Shown here one piece after another: positions 1 through 12,699 of a stretch of DNA of 64,000 bases. The notes under the pieces are model-generated. The model saw nothing but the letters and a program-made list of their open reading frames with translations, did no database searches and had not been told where the DNA came from. Numbering within the stretch: the stretch's first letter is position 1; each line of letters begins with the position of its first letter. The position numbers and the translations under genes were made by a program. Source of the DNA: Octopus sinensis (lineage: Eukaryota); the NCBI RefSeq assembly GCF_006345805.1, contig NC_042997.1, positions 43,028,001 through 43,092,000 on the forward strand, in the 5' to 3' direction.

Positions 1-114
1 ACCCCTCCCTTTGTGGTTAGCCATATTTAGATGGCTATTATACTTTACATCTCTAAAAATGCTTATATAGTTATTTCCCTTACAAACCCGAGCAACGCTG
101 GGCGATACTGCTAG
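1..114 (+). mobile_element. 3' end of a Helitron-like element
   Basis: GC-rich hairpin cccgagcaacgctggg (87-102), then 8 nt, then CTAG|T at 111-115, the canonical Helitron 3' terminus. Confidence 0.55.
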
Positions 115-470
115 TACCATATAATTATTGGAAAAAATTCAAATCCTTACAGCTGTTTCTGGGATATCCATGTGTGTGTATGTGTGTGATAGACTTCCCC
201 ACAATTCCTACTTTTCCATCTACCAATTTCTCTCACAAACTGTTGGTTGGCCCAGGACTATAGTAGAAGACAGCACCTTGAGTTGTACACTGGAACTGAA
301 CCCAGATTTACAAGGTTGCAAAGTGAGCTTCTTAACCACTCAGCCATGCTTGTCTTTATATAGTATATCCCTAAAGGATAAATTGGTTAAATAGAAAACA
401 TTATTCTTCAAACCAAATCCAATCTACAAGAGGAATTAAACTCAAAATAGGAAACTTGTGAATTTTATAG

Positions 471-866
471 CTCTTTTACTCTTTTACTTGTTTCAGTCAT
501 TTGACTGCGGCCATGCTGGAGCACTGCCTTTAATCGAGCAACTCGACCCCGGGACTTATTCTTTTGTAAGCCCAGTACTTATTCTATCGGTCTCTTTTGC
601 CGAACCACTAAGTAACGGGGACATAAACACACCAGCATCGGTTGTCAAGCAATGCTAGGGGGACAAACATAGACACACAAACACACACACGCATATATAT
701 ATACGACGGGCTTCTTTCAGTTTCCGTCTACCAAATCCACTCACAAGGCTTTGGTCGGCCCGAGACTATAGTAGAAGACAATTGCCCAAGGTGCCACACA
801 GTGGGACTGAACCTGGAACCATGTGGTTGGTAAACAAGCTACTTACCAGACAGCCACTCCTGCGCC
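471..866 (-). mobile_element. tRNA-derived SINE, family A
   Basis: Reverse complement of the 16145 copy: ggcgcaggagtggctgt head with A/B-box-like motifs, central (TA)/(TG) tract, (gtaaaaga)n tail. Confidence 0.85.
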
Positions 867-1181
867 TCAGTAGCTGTGAGTTTTTCTTTAGTTGTGGGAC
901 CTATTTATAGCCATTTTGACTGAGTCATTCTAGAATTAAGTGTCACAGCCATAAATCAGCATAATAGCAGTGAAAAAAAAAGGTAACAGACCACAGATCT
1001 CTCAGTTGATTATTTGGCAGCCTATCAAGTCAGCCATGTGAACATATTACTTATCATAGTTACACTTTACAATGATTAGTAAATACTTACCAGCTCTAGT
1101 TATGATATGTATTACTAATCATTGTTAGATGTTACAAGATGATGATCTGAGACTATCCTAGTCGAAGCATTGTAAGTCAAA

Positions 1182-1589
1182 TACTCTTTTACTTGTTTCA
1201 GTCATTTGACTGCAGCCATGCTGGAGCACCACCTTTAGTTGAACAAATCGACCCCAGGACTTGTTCTTTGTAAGCCTAGTACTTATTCTATTGGTCTCTT
1301 TTTCTGAACTGCTAAGTTATGGGAATGTAAACACACCATCAGCTGTTGAAGTGATGGTGGGTGGGGGATAAATACAGATGCACATACGTGTATATACTGA
1401 GAATTTACGAAAAACAAAAGACAAAGATGGGTGTGTAAACAACAAACAAATGTATTAGTTTAATGCTCGGGAAGTGAGAAAGTCTTTTATGCTTCAAGCC
1501 TATGCTCTTCAACAGAAAGGTATAAGAGAAAATAAACAGGGAGAGAAAATAGAAAAGGTTTAATGGCTAGCAATCTATCATGGCGAGTG

Positions 1590-1623
<34 letters not shown>

Positions 1624-1880
1624 TATTAAAAGGGATGAAGTCTTTTTCTCTACAGAAAAAAACTCCATCAGGAATTGTGGCAGTATATTAAAAGAACCTT
1701 TAATGTTAAAAATAATAAGTAGTCTTCTTTCAGTTTCCATCTACCAAATTCACTCATAAGGCTTTGTTGGCCTGAGGCTATAGCAGAAGACATTTGCCCA
1801 AGGTGTCATGTAGTGGAACTGAACCTGGAACCATGTGGTTGGGAAGCAAGCTTCTTACCTCACAGCCACTCATGTGGCTA
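1182..1880 (-). mobile_element. Fragmented SINE family A interrupted by a Penelope-like fragment (~1398-1590) and (TA)n
   Basis: SINE tail at 1182-1380 and head at 1725-1880 match family A; the insert shares sequence with 32070-32200. Confidence 0.65.
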
Positions 1881-3018
1881 TAGTGTGACAAAGTAAGATG
1901 TAGATCTGTACTTGTAGAACTGACAGTGTTGTGTTTTGGTACTCTATAACATTAGAGGACGTTTTGATAATGTCCAATAGAAAGCTACCATTAAAAGTAA
2001 CATTATAAGTCCCGTTATGTGAACTACAAGAAGTCACTATTTCTGTAAAGGCTTAGCTATGAAGAATTTCAGTATCTATGATCTTTCTCGGGGGGTCTCC
2101 AAGACCTCTGAAAGGAATAGAGGAAGTTATTCACAGACTGAATATCTGGTCTAAATTCTGGTAACAGAGTGAACTCTGCTGAAGACACCTAATGATTAGG
2201 CAGTGATGTTAAATTGCATCAAAGTTAGCATGCTATCCCAAAATAGAAACAGTCTCACCAACATGCTTCCCCATAGTTTACATTTAATAATTTCATTCAG
2301 CAAAAAGCCCCTTTCTTTTGGGACTGTAGCCTTGCAAGCTGCAAGCACTCAGTACATGCTGTAAATTGGTTGGTGTTAGAAGGGGCATCCAGTTGCAGAA
2401 ACCATGCCAAAGCAGGCACTGGAGCATGGTACAGTCCTTAGACCTGTCAGTTACTGTCAAATCATTCAACCCATGCTAGCATGGGACATGGATGTTAAAT
2501 GATGATGACTCACAAAGCTTTGGTAAAAAAAAACATTTGTTGAAGGGCTGCACAGTAGGATCGAACTTGAAAGTGTAGTTACAAAATGAACTTCTTAACC
2601 ACAGAGCCATAACTGCACCCAGACTTAAGATACCTTATCTTTTCCACAATTCCACTAGCAGAGTAGGACATATATAATATATACTAATAGGATAAAAATA
2701 TCAATTCCAATAAATATAATATCTTGGGATTCCATCAGTTCTCAACAAGAGACCATTCATATAAATTATTCATGAAGTGATACAACAAACCACTAAGGCA
2801 GAAAGCTTTCTTAAATAGGTTAGCTATAAACTGGGAATTAATGACCAAGAGAATTTGTCAGGATGAACAAAATCAGCCAATTCAATAACAGACTTTATAA
2901 ATTTTGGGAGAATATACAATCTGAAATATTGTTCTTGTGTATGGAAATGATTCATAATGAAGGAGTCTGCATTTATATGCTTTGTGTATTAGTGGTAAAA
3001 TATCATAAAGTGTATATG

Positions 3019-3192
3019 TATACTTTGTTTAAAAGCAGCAGAAATATAACAAAAGCTGTTACTCAGAGTTTCATGTTCCTCTTCGGCGGACAGTTTTGTT
3101 AAAATATTTTAACAAAACTGTCCGCTGAACGGGAACATGAAACTCTGAGTAACAGCTTTGGTTATATTTCTGCTGCTTTTTAACAAAGCATA
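3019..3192. repeat. 174-bp near-perfect palindrome (probable inverted Penelope-like pseudo-LTR remnant)
   Basis: Arms are reverse complements about the centre gttaaaat|attttaac (3105/3106). Direct repeat agtgtatat at 3009-3017 and 3258-3266 resembles a target-site duplication (TSD). Confidence 0.9.
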
Positions 3193-4207
3193 TTACTCTA
3201 CCTCTGGTATTTGAGTACTCTTTTTTTCACCTTGTTTCACATATATGTGCTTACACCAGTGTATATATATATATAAATGAAAGAAGAGAAAAAATATGAA
3301 ATTAAAGACATCATATAAGCGTAGGGCCTGCCATATGCAATGATTTTTAATGCTTGTATTTATGAACATCTGTTTGTAAATGTGTACTTCATTTCTCATC
3401 ACAGAGTGGAACATATTTTATGAAACAAAATATTAATTTAACCTTTTATTGAAAGATGTAGTAAAATAGATAATCAATATACTTAAGTCAAGGATTAAAT
3501 CATCTCTGTCATTGGCTTAGCATCTAGCTTTCTGTGTCGAGTTAAATGAAAGTGTAGATGACAGGGCTGATAACCTATCATTTAATCAAGTATGAACAAA
3601 ATACTTAACTCTCAATGGACAAGTTCACTTACTACATAACGGAGCATACGAATGTTGAAATCAGAAATATCAATGAAGATCCGATCAATGATTTGGGCTG
3701 ATAATTTCACTTCTTGTAGAAAAGTAATCAGCAATATATTACAGGTCTATCTAAGGATATTTGTATTTCATGTGATTAATGTCAACATAAATACTGTTCA
3801 GAAAATCGTAGAGGTCTATGAAGAGAAATCTTTTAAAACCAGCTGAATAGGTCTGAAGTATCTTTCCATGCCTCACACCTCTGAGCCAGCTTCCTTGTGT
3901 TAACCAGTATTCTCTGGTCTGACTTCTTAATTCTTTTCTCTACTTTTAACATAGGCATCTACCATCACCTACCATCACAGCACTCACAGCAATGTTTCAC
4001 CAATTACCTCTCATCCAGTTGCATTACAAGTCCATGACAACATATAGCTGTCTTACACCTGGCCTTTTATTACCCAGTAACGAGGCATATAAATGCATTA
4101 CTAGTATAGGTAAAATATAATACATAAACCAGTTAATTATTGTTCTTTTTTTAACACCTGAACATATAAAGATCTGCAGTTTTTTAATCACCTGCTAACT
4201 GATTTGA

Positions 4208-4252
<45 letters not shown>

Positions 4253-4255
<3 letters not shown>

Positions 4256-4822
4256 TCATCATCATCATCGTTTAACGTCCGCTTTCCATGCTAGCATGGG
4301 TTGGATGGTTCAACTGGGGTCTGGCAAGCCTGAAGGCTGCACCAGGCCAGTCAGATCTGGCAATGTTTCTACAGCTGGATGCCCTTCCTAACGCCAACCA
4401 CTCCGAGAGTGTAGTGGGTGATTTTATGTGCCACCGACACAGGTGCCAGACGAGGCTGGCAGACGGCCACGCTCGGATGGTGTTTTTATGTGCCACCGAC
4501 ACAGGTGCCAGACGAGGCTGGCAGACGGCCACGCTCGGATGGTGTTTTTTATGTGCCACCGACACAGGTGCCAGACGAGGCTGGCAGACGGCCACGCTCG
4601 GATGGTGTTTTCTTATGTGCCACCGACACAGGTGCCAGACGAGGCTGGCGAATGGCCACGCTCGGATACTGTTTGTTACGTGCCCACAGCACGGAGGCCA
4701 GTCGATGCGGTACTGGCTACGGTCACGTTCGGATGGTTTTCTTATGTGCCACCCACAAGGATACAAATTCCATTGATGTTCATCTATTTTTATTTGGTTT
4801 GATTTGATTTTGATTTTGATTT
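4253..4822 (-). mobile_element. RTE-LINE 3' end / derived non-autonomous retroposon with 4 internal ~60-62-bp units
   Basis: (CAT)n tail, tttaacgtccgctttccatgctagcatggg terminus and ggatgcccttcctaacgccaaccac module; the same module abuts RTE ORF remnants at 25150-26120 and 62690-63690. Confidence 0.8.
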
Positions 4823-4890
<68 letters not shown>

Positions 4891-4997
4891 TATTATCATC
4901 ATCATCATTTAATGTCCATGGTTTGGACAGTTTGACCAGGACTGGTAAGATAAGGGGCTGCACCAGACTTCTAGTCTGTTTATATATATATATATAT

Positions 4998-5287
4998 GTT
5001 GCTTGTTCCTTCTTGAGCCATGCCTGGCTCATAAGGGCCAGTTTCCCGGTTTCCTTGGCGTATAGGTTCCTCGCCTGGATGGGACAGTGAGCTGCTAGAT
5101 GCAGGAGGAAAGAGTGAGAGAAAGTTGTGGCGAAAGAGTCAGCAGAAGTTTGCCGTTACCTTTTGCTGGAGCTGTGTGGAGCTTAGGTGTTTCACTCCTA
5201 AACACACACATCGCCCGGTCTGAGATTTGAACCCGCAATCCCTCAACCACGAGTCCGCTGTTCTAACTGCTAGGCCATGTGCCTACA
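4998..5287 (-). mobile_element. tRNA-derived SINE with head related to family B
   Basis: Minus-strand ggcacatggcctagcagttagaacagcggactcgtgg..ggttcaaatctcagaccgggcg head resembles the 7123 copy; tail differs. Confidence 0.65.
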
Positions 5288-5325
5288 CACATACACACAC
5301 ACACACATATGTATATACATACAAA

Positions 5326-7010
5326 CAGTAGTGGCCAAAATTAGAGAACGAAAATGAAAAGTAAAGATATTTACATTTCTACTTCATTTTCTGGATGGAA
5401 GTTTTGCTGTAGATACTTTAAGGTGTGTTCCTTATTTACAATAAATTTTGTAGGAAGTGATTAATAACTAAATAATTTTTAATAGAAAAATGTTTATTTG
5501 AAAAATTCAACATAGACAAAATTAGAGAACATATGACGTAAAATTCAAGAAATCAAAATTTTGCCAAAATTTTTTACAATCCACATCAATATATTAATAA
5601 GACATGAGCATTCCTTTATTTTTAATGACTTCAGCATATCTCTGTCCACAGGATCTGACCAATTGTTCTGATGTAATTTTATTCCATTCTTCCTAAAAAT
5701 TTTCGCACAAACTCGAAAGATTCACAAGTTGGTGCTCTCTGATCTTATCATCAAGTATCTTCCATAAATTTTCAATGGGATTAAGGTCAGGGCTCTGAGC
5801 TGTCCAACAGATCACAGTAATGTCTTCAGCCCCAAACACCTTAACTATTTTAGCACTGTGACATGGGGCATTATCCTGCATAAAGATTGGCTGATGAGTT
5901 GGAGATGATCTCAAAGCTGGCACAACATGCTGCAGAACAATGTTTTTGTATATGGCTACATTCACATTACCATGGATCCAGATCAAAGGCCCAACACCAG
6001 CAGCAGAAGTCATTCCCCACCTCCAAACTTCACCGATTTCTTCATGCATTTAGGGAGCAATCTTTTACCTTTATGGCATCTCATGTACTGTCTACCATCA
6101 AAGCCAATCAGATTGAATTTGTTTTTGTCACAGAACACACGCAACCAGTTGTCATCTGTCCAAAGTATGAGCCTCTTGCAAAGACTAACCTTGCTTTTCA
6201 GTTCTTCATACTGATGAGAGGTTTAATGGTGGAAGAATGGGCATCAAGTTTGACTTTCTTCAAACAATAAGCCACATTCATTCCATAATCACAATTTACT
6301 TGGCAAGAAATTCCTGCAGCAGCATCGAAACAATCTCTTAACAACAGCCTCTCATTCACACAGTCTTCTTGAACATTTGTTTTCTGCGATCTCCCTTGTT
6401 TTTCTAATAACACAAACAAGATTGTAAAGTATAGAAGCCATCTTATCATGGCTAACCACATTGGGGAGGGGGTGTTACTGTAGCTTTATAGCCCCAAGAG
6501 ATCTTCGTCTCTAGCTGGCTTTAGACACAATATCTATGTCCTTGGAGTATTTGCAAAACAAGATTATTTCTTTATAAAGCTGGACTATTCTTGAAACAAC
6601 ACTCTTTGATCTGTTAATGTCTCTGGTGAGAGCAGAAATTGCCATCCCTTCATTTTTCAATGTGTCCACTCACTTCCTGAGGCTTTCATCAACTTTATTT
6701 TTGCTTTCCATGCTTGTTAATTCACTACTGTTCCATATAAATCTTCACACTGTTAGGTTAACTTAGTTTACTTCAGTTAGAGTGTTGCCAGGTTTTACAT
6801 TTTTAATTTTACGCCATATGTCCACCAATTTTGTCCATCTTGTAACTTTCAATTATAAATTATTTAGTTATTAATCACTTCCTACAAAATTTATTGTAAA
6901 TAATGAAGATACTTTAAAGTATATACAGTAAAAATCCCATTCGGAAAAATGTAGTAGAAACGTAAATAACTTCCATCATTATTTTTGCCCTCTAATTTGG
7001 GTTACTACTG
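5326..7010 (-). mobile_element. Defective Tc1-like transposon with ~200-bp terminal inverted repeats (TIRs)
   Basis: Ends cagtagtggccaaaattagag / ctctaatttgggttactactg|TA. Transposase remnant FMQDNAPCH..WTAQSPDLNPIENLW has 33 residues between D and E (near DD34E); stops and frameshifts elsewhere. Confidence 0.88.
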
Positions 7011-7078
7011 TATCATTGTCATTGTTGTCGCCATCAGCATCATTTTACATATACATACATATATATATATACACATAT

Positions 7079-7122
<44 letters not shown>

Positions 7123-7508
7123 GGAGGCGCAATGGCCCAGTGGTTAGGGCAGCGGACTCGTGGTCATAGGATCGCGGTTTCGATTCCCAGACCGGGCGTT
7201 GTGAGTGTTTATTGAGCGAAAACACCTAAAGCTCCACGAGGCTCCGGCAGGGGATGGTGGTGATCCCTGCTGTACTCTTTCACCACAACTTTCTCTTACT
7301 CTTTCTTCCTGTTTCTGTTGTACCTGTATTTCAAAGGGCCGGCCTTGTCACTCTCTGTGTCACGCTGAATATCCCCGAGAACTACGTTAAGGGTACACGT
7401 GTCTGTGGAGTGCTCAGCCACTTACACGTTAATTTCACGAGCAGGCTGTTCCGTTGATTCGGATAAACCGGAACCCTCGTCGTCGTAACCGACGGAGTGC
7501 TTCCATCC
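7123..7508 (+). mobile_element. tRNA-derived SINE, family B (young copy)
   Basis: A box tggcccagtgg, B box ggtttcgattcc; near-identical to 42018-42400; flanked by direct repeat atatacacatat. Confidence 0.88.
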
Positions 7509-7865
7509 ATATACACATATATAAATGCATAGATAGATTGGTTTGAAATAATGTACAAATACTGTATATTAAGAAAAAGGGGGCAATCAGAATTTTGACT
7601 GCCTCTTTTTTTCTTAATCTCTACATATCATCAACATAGTTCTTGATGTCCATTTTTCAATGCTAGTTTGCATCAGATGGAATTCATTGAGGCAGTTTTT
7701 CTTTGGTCTTCTATGCTCTTCTGATTGTCAATCCTCACCTGTTTCTAAGCAAGGTAATTCTTTCCCATGGCTAGACATGTTTCCATGGAAGATTGGAAAC
7801 AAAGGACCACTCGAATGACAGTGGGGTCTATTTACAACTATCATGTGATGTCAATACATACACAC

Positions 7866-7983
7866 ACGCACATGCACACACAACACATGTACACACGTAC
7901 ACATGCACACACAACACATGTACACACGTACACATGCACACACAACACATGTACACACGTACACATGCACACACAACACATGT
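7866..7983. repeat. 31-bp minisatellite, about 4 copies
   Basis: Unit cacatgcacacacaacacatgtacacacgta, apparently derived from a (CA)n tract. Confidence 0.85.
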
Positions 7984-10637
7984 GGCTTCTTTTAGTTTCT
8001 GTTTACCAAGAATAAAAAACAAAAAGAATGTCCACTGACAAAACTTTTGTTTCCCCTGTGTTATTGTAGAATACATTTGCCTCCATGCAATGGGACTGAA
8101 TCTGAAATCATGTGGCTAAGACACGAACTTCTTAACCACATAACCATGCCTATGATTAAAAGGTTTTTTTCTTTTGTTTCATTGTAAGCCATTTTTTGGA
8201 AAGCTTCATTTTACTGGAACTTAACCCAGTTTTCAAAGAGTGAGGGAGATATTCCTGTATCAGGAGAGGATACCAGTCTGTCATAGCTTGTTCACAAGAG
8301 AAAAACCTGATTCCAGCATTGCAAGTTAATGAAACACTCATCAGTTACTTAATACTTCTGCTATTTGAGCTGTAAAATATGCATTTGGTCAAGTGGTAAA
8401 ATAAGCCAGGTTATATCTGAATGGATTGACCCATTGATAATTTAAGTGTCTTTGTTACTGAGGACAAAGCACTGCGAGTGATGAGATACACACAGTCAAC
8501 CACTTCAGCTGACACTCTGTACTCTCAATCAGCTTCAAGATAAAATAGTAATGATAGTGAATTCATTGTAAGTTTTTGGAGAAGAGAATAAAAAGATGTT
8601 AATCTGGGGATTGATGAAAAGATATATAGGAAATGGCAATTGAGTATATTGTTCAGGAAATTGCAGCTTTAGTTTAAAGTCTGTCATAAACTGACTTTAA
8701 ATACTACTTCTTATATATTTTAGGCTATCTAATACAATTTGATATTCCCAAAACTACTTGACTTTATAAGGAAGGGTGAATATTCCATTGGCCTCTATTG
8801 CCCTACTTCAGGAATTTGTGAAATGTTTTTTCAACATTAGTCACATTATTCATCTGATTTAAAAAGTCTCTTATTGTGCCTTTTAAAGTACTTAAGGAAA
8901 TTACTTGTGTATTATTTAAACTATGTCAGCTAAATTTATACATGACATCATGTACATATTTTATCCAAATTTTATGCAGGTCTAATTATATAACAATTTT
9001 TAAAAATATTAAATGCACTAAGTAAGTGTATGTAGTCAAAAGGCTGTGTTTCCTGTCAATTTGATTGAGCATTTACAATGACAATGCTTATAGCAAATCA
9101 GCTAAATGTACTTTCATTGCAGAATTCTGAAAAGAAAGACAAAAAACTGTTGAATGTTGAAGGAATAGGAGAGAAAACTTCACTTAAACACTTTGACACA
9201 TTCACCTGAGACAATTCTATTTTAAAGTAATCTACATAAAAAACTTTCCATCAAAATTTCATGTGAAAATTTCAGCTTAAAAAATGACAATTACTTAATG
9301 ATCTTTTGTTATTTTCAAAATAATTCAGATAAAGGCAATATATTTCAACAAACAAAAAAGTTAATGATAATTTTAGACGGTTGTTTATAAATGTACGAAG
9401 TAATCTATTCCTTTCGACAGTCTGTAGGGAAAAAATGTAAGAGATTCAGCTGAAAGTAAGTAAAAAAAGCAACAAGTGATGTTTGGTGGGGTGTGAGCTT
9501 TCAAACCAGAGAAATAGGGATAGCAGATAAGATTTTTTCAGATAATTTGGAGCTTGACAAATTGGGAAGTTGGAAGTTCTAAAAGGTATAATTCTTAGAA
9601 TTAAGAATTACATGTAGTATTGATGGCACAAGGAATGAACAGCAAAAATCACATAGGTTAATTCATTTGTTTCTAATATAAGCACAAAGTCAACGATTTT
9701 GAAGGGAGGAAGGGAGGAGGTTAGTCATTTGCATTGACTCCGGTACCTGACCAGGTACTTCGTTTTATCAACCCTCTGGAGGCAAAGTTGACCTTGATTG
9801 GATTTAAACTCAGAATATAAAGTGCCAAAAGAAATATAAAGAGAATATAAAGAGTTATGAAGCTCTATTTTCTAACACTATAATAATGTTGCCAACCGAC
9901 TGTCCAGAAGTAAGTTTAATAAATAGATTTCAATAAATGAGAAGAGGAGTGGTTCTGAAGAGCAACATTTATAAATGTTATGAGGAGTAGAAATAAAGAA
10001 GAAAACACATTACAATGTCTCTATAGAAGACAATGTATTGACTGAATGGATAGTTGTTCTTTGCTGCATGTTAGAATGCTGGAAGTGTGTCATACAAGAT
10101 AGAGGAAAATAACCTTAGAGTGAAGTATATTTAGATATTGTTGAATACCAACAGTTGCTTAAGGCAACTTGGCTCTACAGAGTAAGTCTCTCATGTGATT
10201 TTAGTAATGCTGTACATATAAAGCTTCTAAGATATTACAGGAGATGAAGACTCCTAACATATATGAGAAAGAGGGATTAAAATATGAATAGGTCAGAATT
10301 ACTAGGGTAATTTGGTTCTTTCCAAATCAACACTCATCTCTTAAAATGCATTAATAGTTTCTCTCTTTTGCTTTATGTTGTCCACCAATACGGATTACAC
10401 ACAGCTTGATCTATAATTTTTTTTCTCACAAATAAATAGTCTCTCTAGAAATTTATATAAAAGCAAGGATGTCATATTTGATATTTGAAAATTCTTTGAT
10501 AAACTTGCAGGGTAAATTAATTTTACCTGTGGGTCATGGACTTAAGTTCTTTATATTTTACTCCTTTGTATTAAAAATACTCTCTTAATTCTTTTCCTGA
10601 AGTACTTGCTTCCTTTATGGTCTCCTTTTCATTACTA

Positions 10638-11919
10638 TTGGGTCAACCCATAGATAATGCAGTTTTTTTATACTTCTTTTATTTTTCAAAATTAAGATAA
10701 ACAGAGTTCTTTTTTAATCTAAAATATACTCTCCTTCATTTTCTACAATGTTCTCCTATCTATCTGGTAGGCTTGCAAGGCCCCTCTTCCAAAATTCACT
10801 TGTCTGTGATGAAAAATACTCTAGTACAGTTCTGATCTCATCTACAGAATTCATATTTTTTCCGTCCAAATGATTTTGAAGACTGCAGAATAAATGATAA
10901 TCAGATGGGGCAATTTCCAGTGAATATGGTGGGTGGAGCATCATTTCCTATTCAAACTGCTCCAGCATTTGGAATGTCATCCTTGCTGTATGTAGCTGAG
11001 CATTATCTTGTTGAAAGAACACCTTTCGTCTTCAAACCAAAGATGGTCATTTTACTTCTAGCGCTGACTTAAGCCACTCAAGCTGTTCGTAGTAGATCTC
11101 CTTTGTTATTGTTTGGTTTGGGTTTAAAAGATCAAAGTGGACTAAACCTTTCATATCCCACCAAACAGATAACAACACTGTATGTGAGTGAAGACCTTCT
11201 TTAGCCTGGGGTGCCAGTGTTTCTCCTTTCCCTACCCACTGTCTTTGGTGCTTGACATTTTTATAGAGAACCCATTTCTTGTCACCAGTCACGATTCAGT
11301 CCCCAAAAGGTTCATTCATGAGACATGACAGCAAAGATGAGAACACATTCACTCTGTGTATGATGAGACTTGGAAAGCTTGTGAGGAATCTACTGGTCCA
11401 ATTTGCTGACTTTTCTGATGGTACGCAGGTGTTGATAAATGGTTGAATGATCAAATCCAAGCTTCTCTGCTAGTTCCCCAACAGTTACGATGGGATTTTG
11501 TTCTACCAAGGTTTGCAGATGTCCTTGTTGAGTTCTACAGATCTTCCAGGATGAGGTTCATCTTCTAGGCTGTAGTTTCCGGATCAGAATTTCTGGAACC
11601 ACCATTGACATTGGCTTATGCTTATTGTCCGATCTCCAAATACTGCATTAATATTCTAGGCACTTTCCATTGCGTTTTTGCCTTTACTGGACTCATAAAG
11701 CAAAATATGCCGAATATGCTCCTTTGTCACTTCCATTATAGCTTTGAAAATAACTGTTAAAATCGAACTGCACTCTTCAAAACTTGCACTAAGAATAAAA
11801 AACAAGGTAAAATTATTACCTGCTTTTATAGCAAGTTGATGCAGGTAGTTTATCTTGTCCCCCTCTGACTTTTAGTTCATGCAATTGAAAAAAACTGCAT
11901 TATATATGAGATGACCCAA
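10638..11919 (-). mobile_element. Defective mariner transposon, ~1.28 kb
   Basis: TA-flanked TIRs ttgggtcaacccatagataatgcag / ctgcattatatatgagatgacccaa; remnants TGDKKWVLY, LLSVWWD, HPPYSLEIAPSDYHLF. Confidence 0.9.
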
Positions 11920-12699
11920 TATAATGAAAATCCCTAATAAACATCAGTGCACTCATGCGGAGATAACACAATCCTTAATTTCCTTGCAACCTTTAAATGA
12001 ACTATTATGAGATGAATGCTAATAGTGGCAGCTCTCATCAGACATCCAGATTCTGTATCAACTTCCCTATCATATGTTAGGCCTTACTATATCCTGTGAC
12101 CTTTTTTACCAACTCAAAATGCTTAAAATAGTTATAACAATATCAAAGATATTTGATTCTTACTTCGGAACAGGCATTAACCATTTTAACCAGGCTCTGA
12201 ATAGATTGTCCAATTAATCTATACCTTCCTTGCTAGGCTGTAAAAATCATCATCAATACCACCAGTCCTACTAAGGGCCAAAAAGATGTCAACAGCTTGG
12301 TTTTACTTTACATATAGACAACCAAGGTCAGAACAAGAAAGAAAATAAAGATATGATTCACTCTGGTCTATTTCCCTCTATCTTGTTCAATATTCTTCCA
12401 TCAACAATGTTCTAAACATGCAGCTAAGTAAACTATCCGCTCAGTCAATAAATCCTCTCTCAGAAAACTTTCAATCAATGACCTGACATTGTGATGCATT
12501 TTGTTTGCTTCTACTCAAGCTTATTTATAGAAAACATTGCAAGAGATTGTGTCATAATCCCTCTAGAGTAATGAGCTAGCATACCTTTATCAGCTTTCAG
12601 AACAATGTCCAGATATTTCTGAATATGGACTCCTGCTCTTATATCTAATCAGCAGCATTCTAAAACACATTATACAAAAGTGTCTTTTTCATTGATCAA

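Noticed and set aside
3500-3572. Hairpin as a known miRNA
   Set aside because: Two competing short stems and no match to conserved miRNAs I recognise.
7123-7200. tRNA genes at SINE heads (also 16145, 27159, 42018)
   Set aside because: A/B boxes are present, but the sequence runs on into a repeated SINE body and tail, with TSDs at 7123 and 42018; no complete cloverleaf.
8476-8518. C/D snoRNA (GTGATGA...CTGA with gagtg/cactc ends)
   Set aside because: Only about 43 nt, too short, and the stem overlaps the C box.
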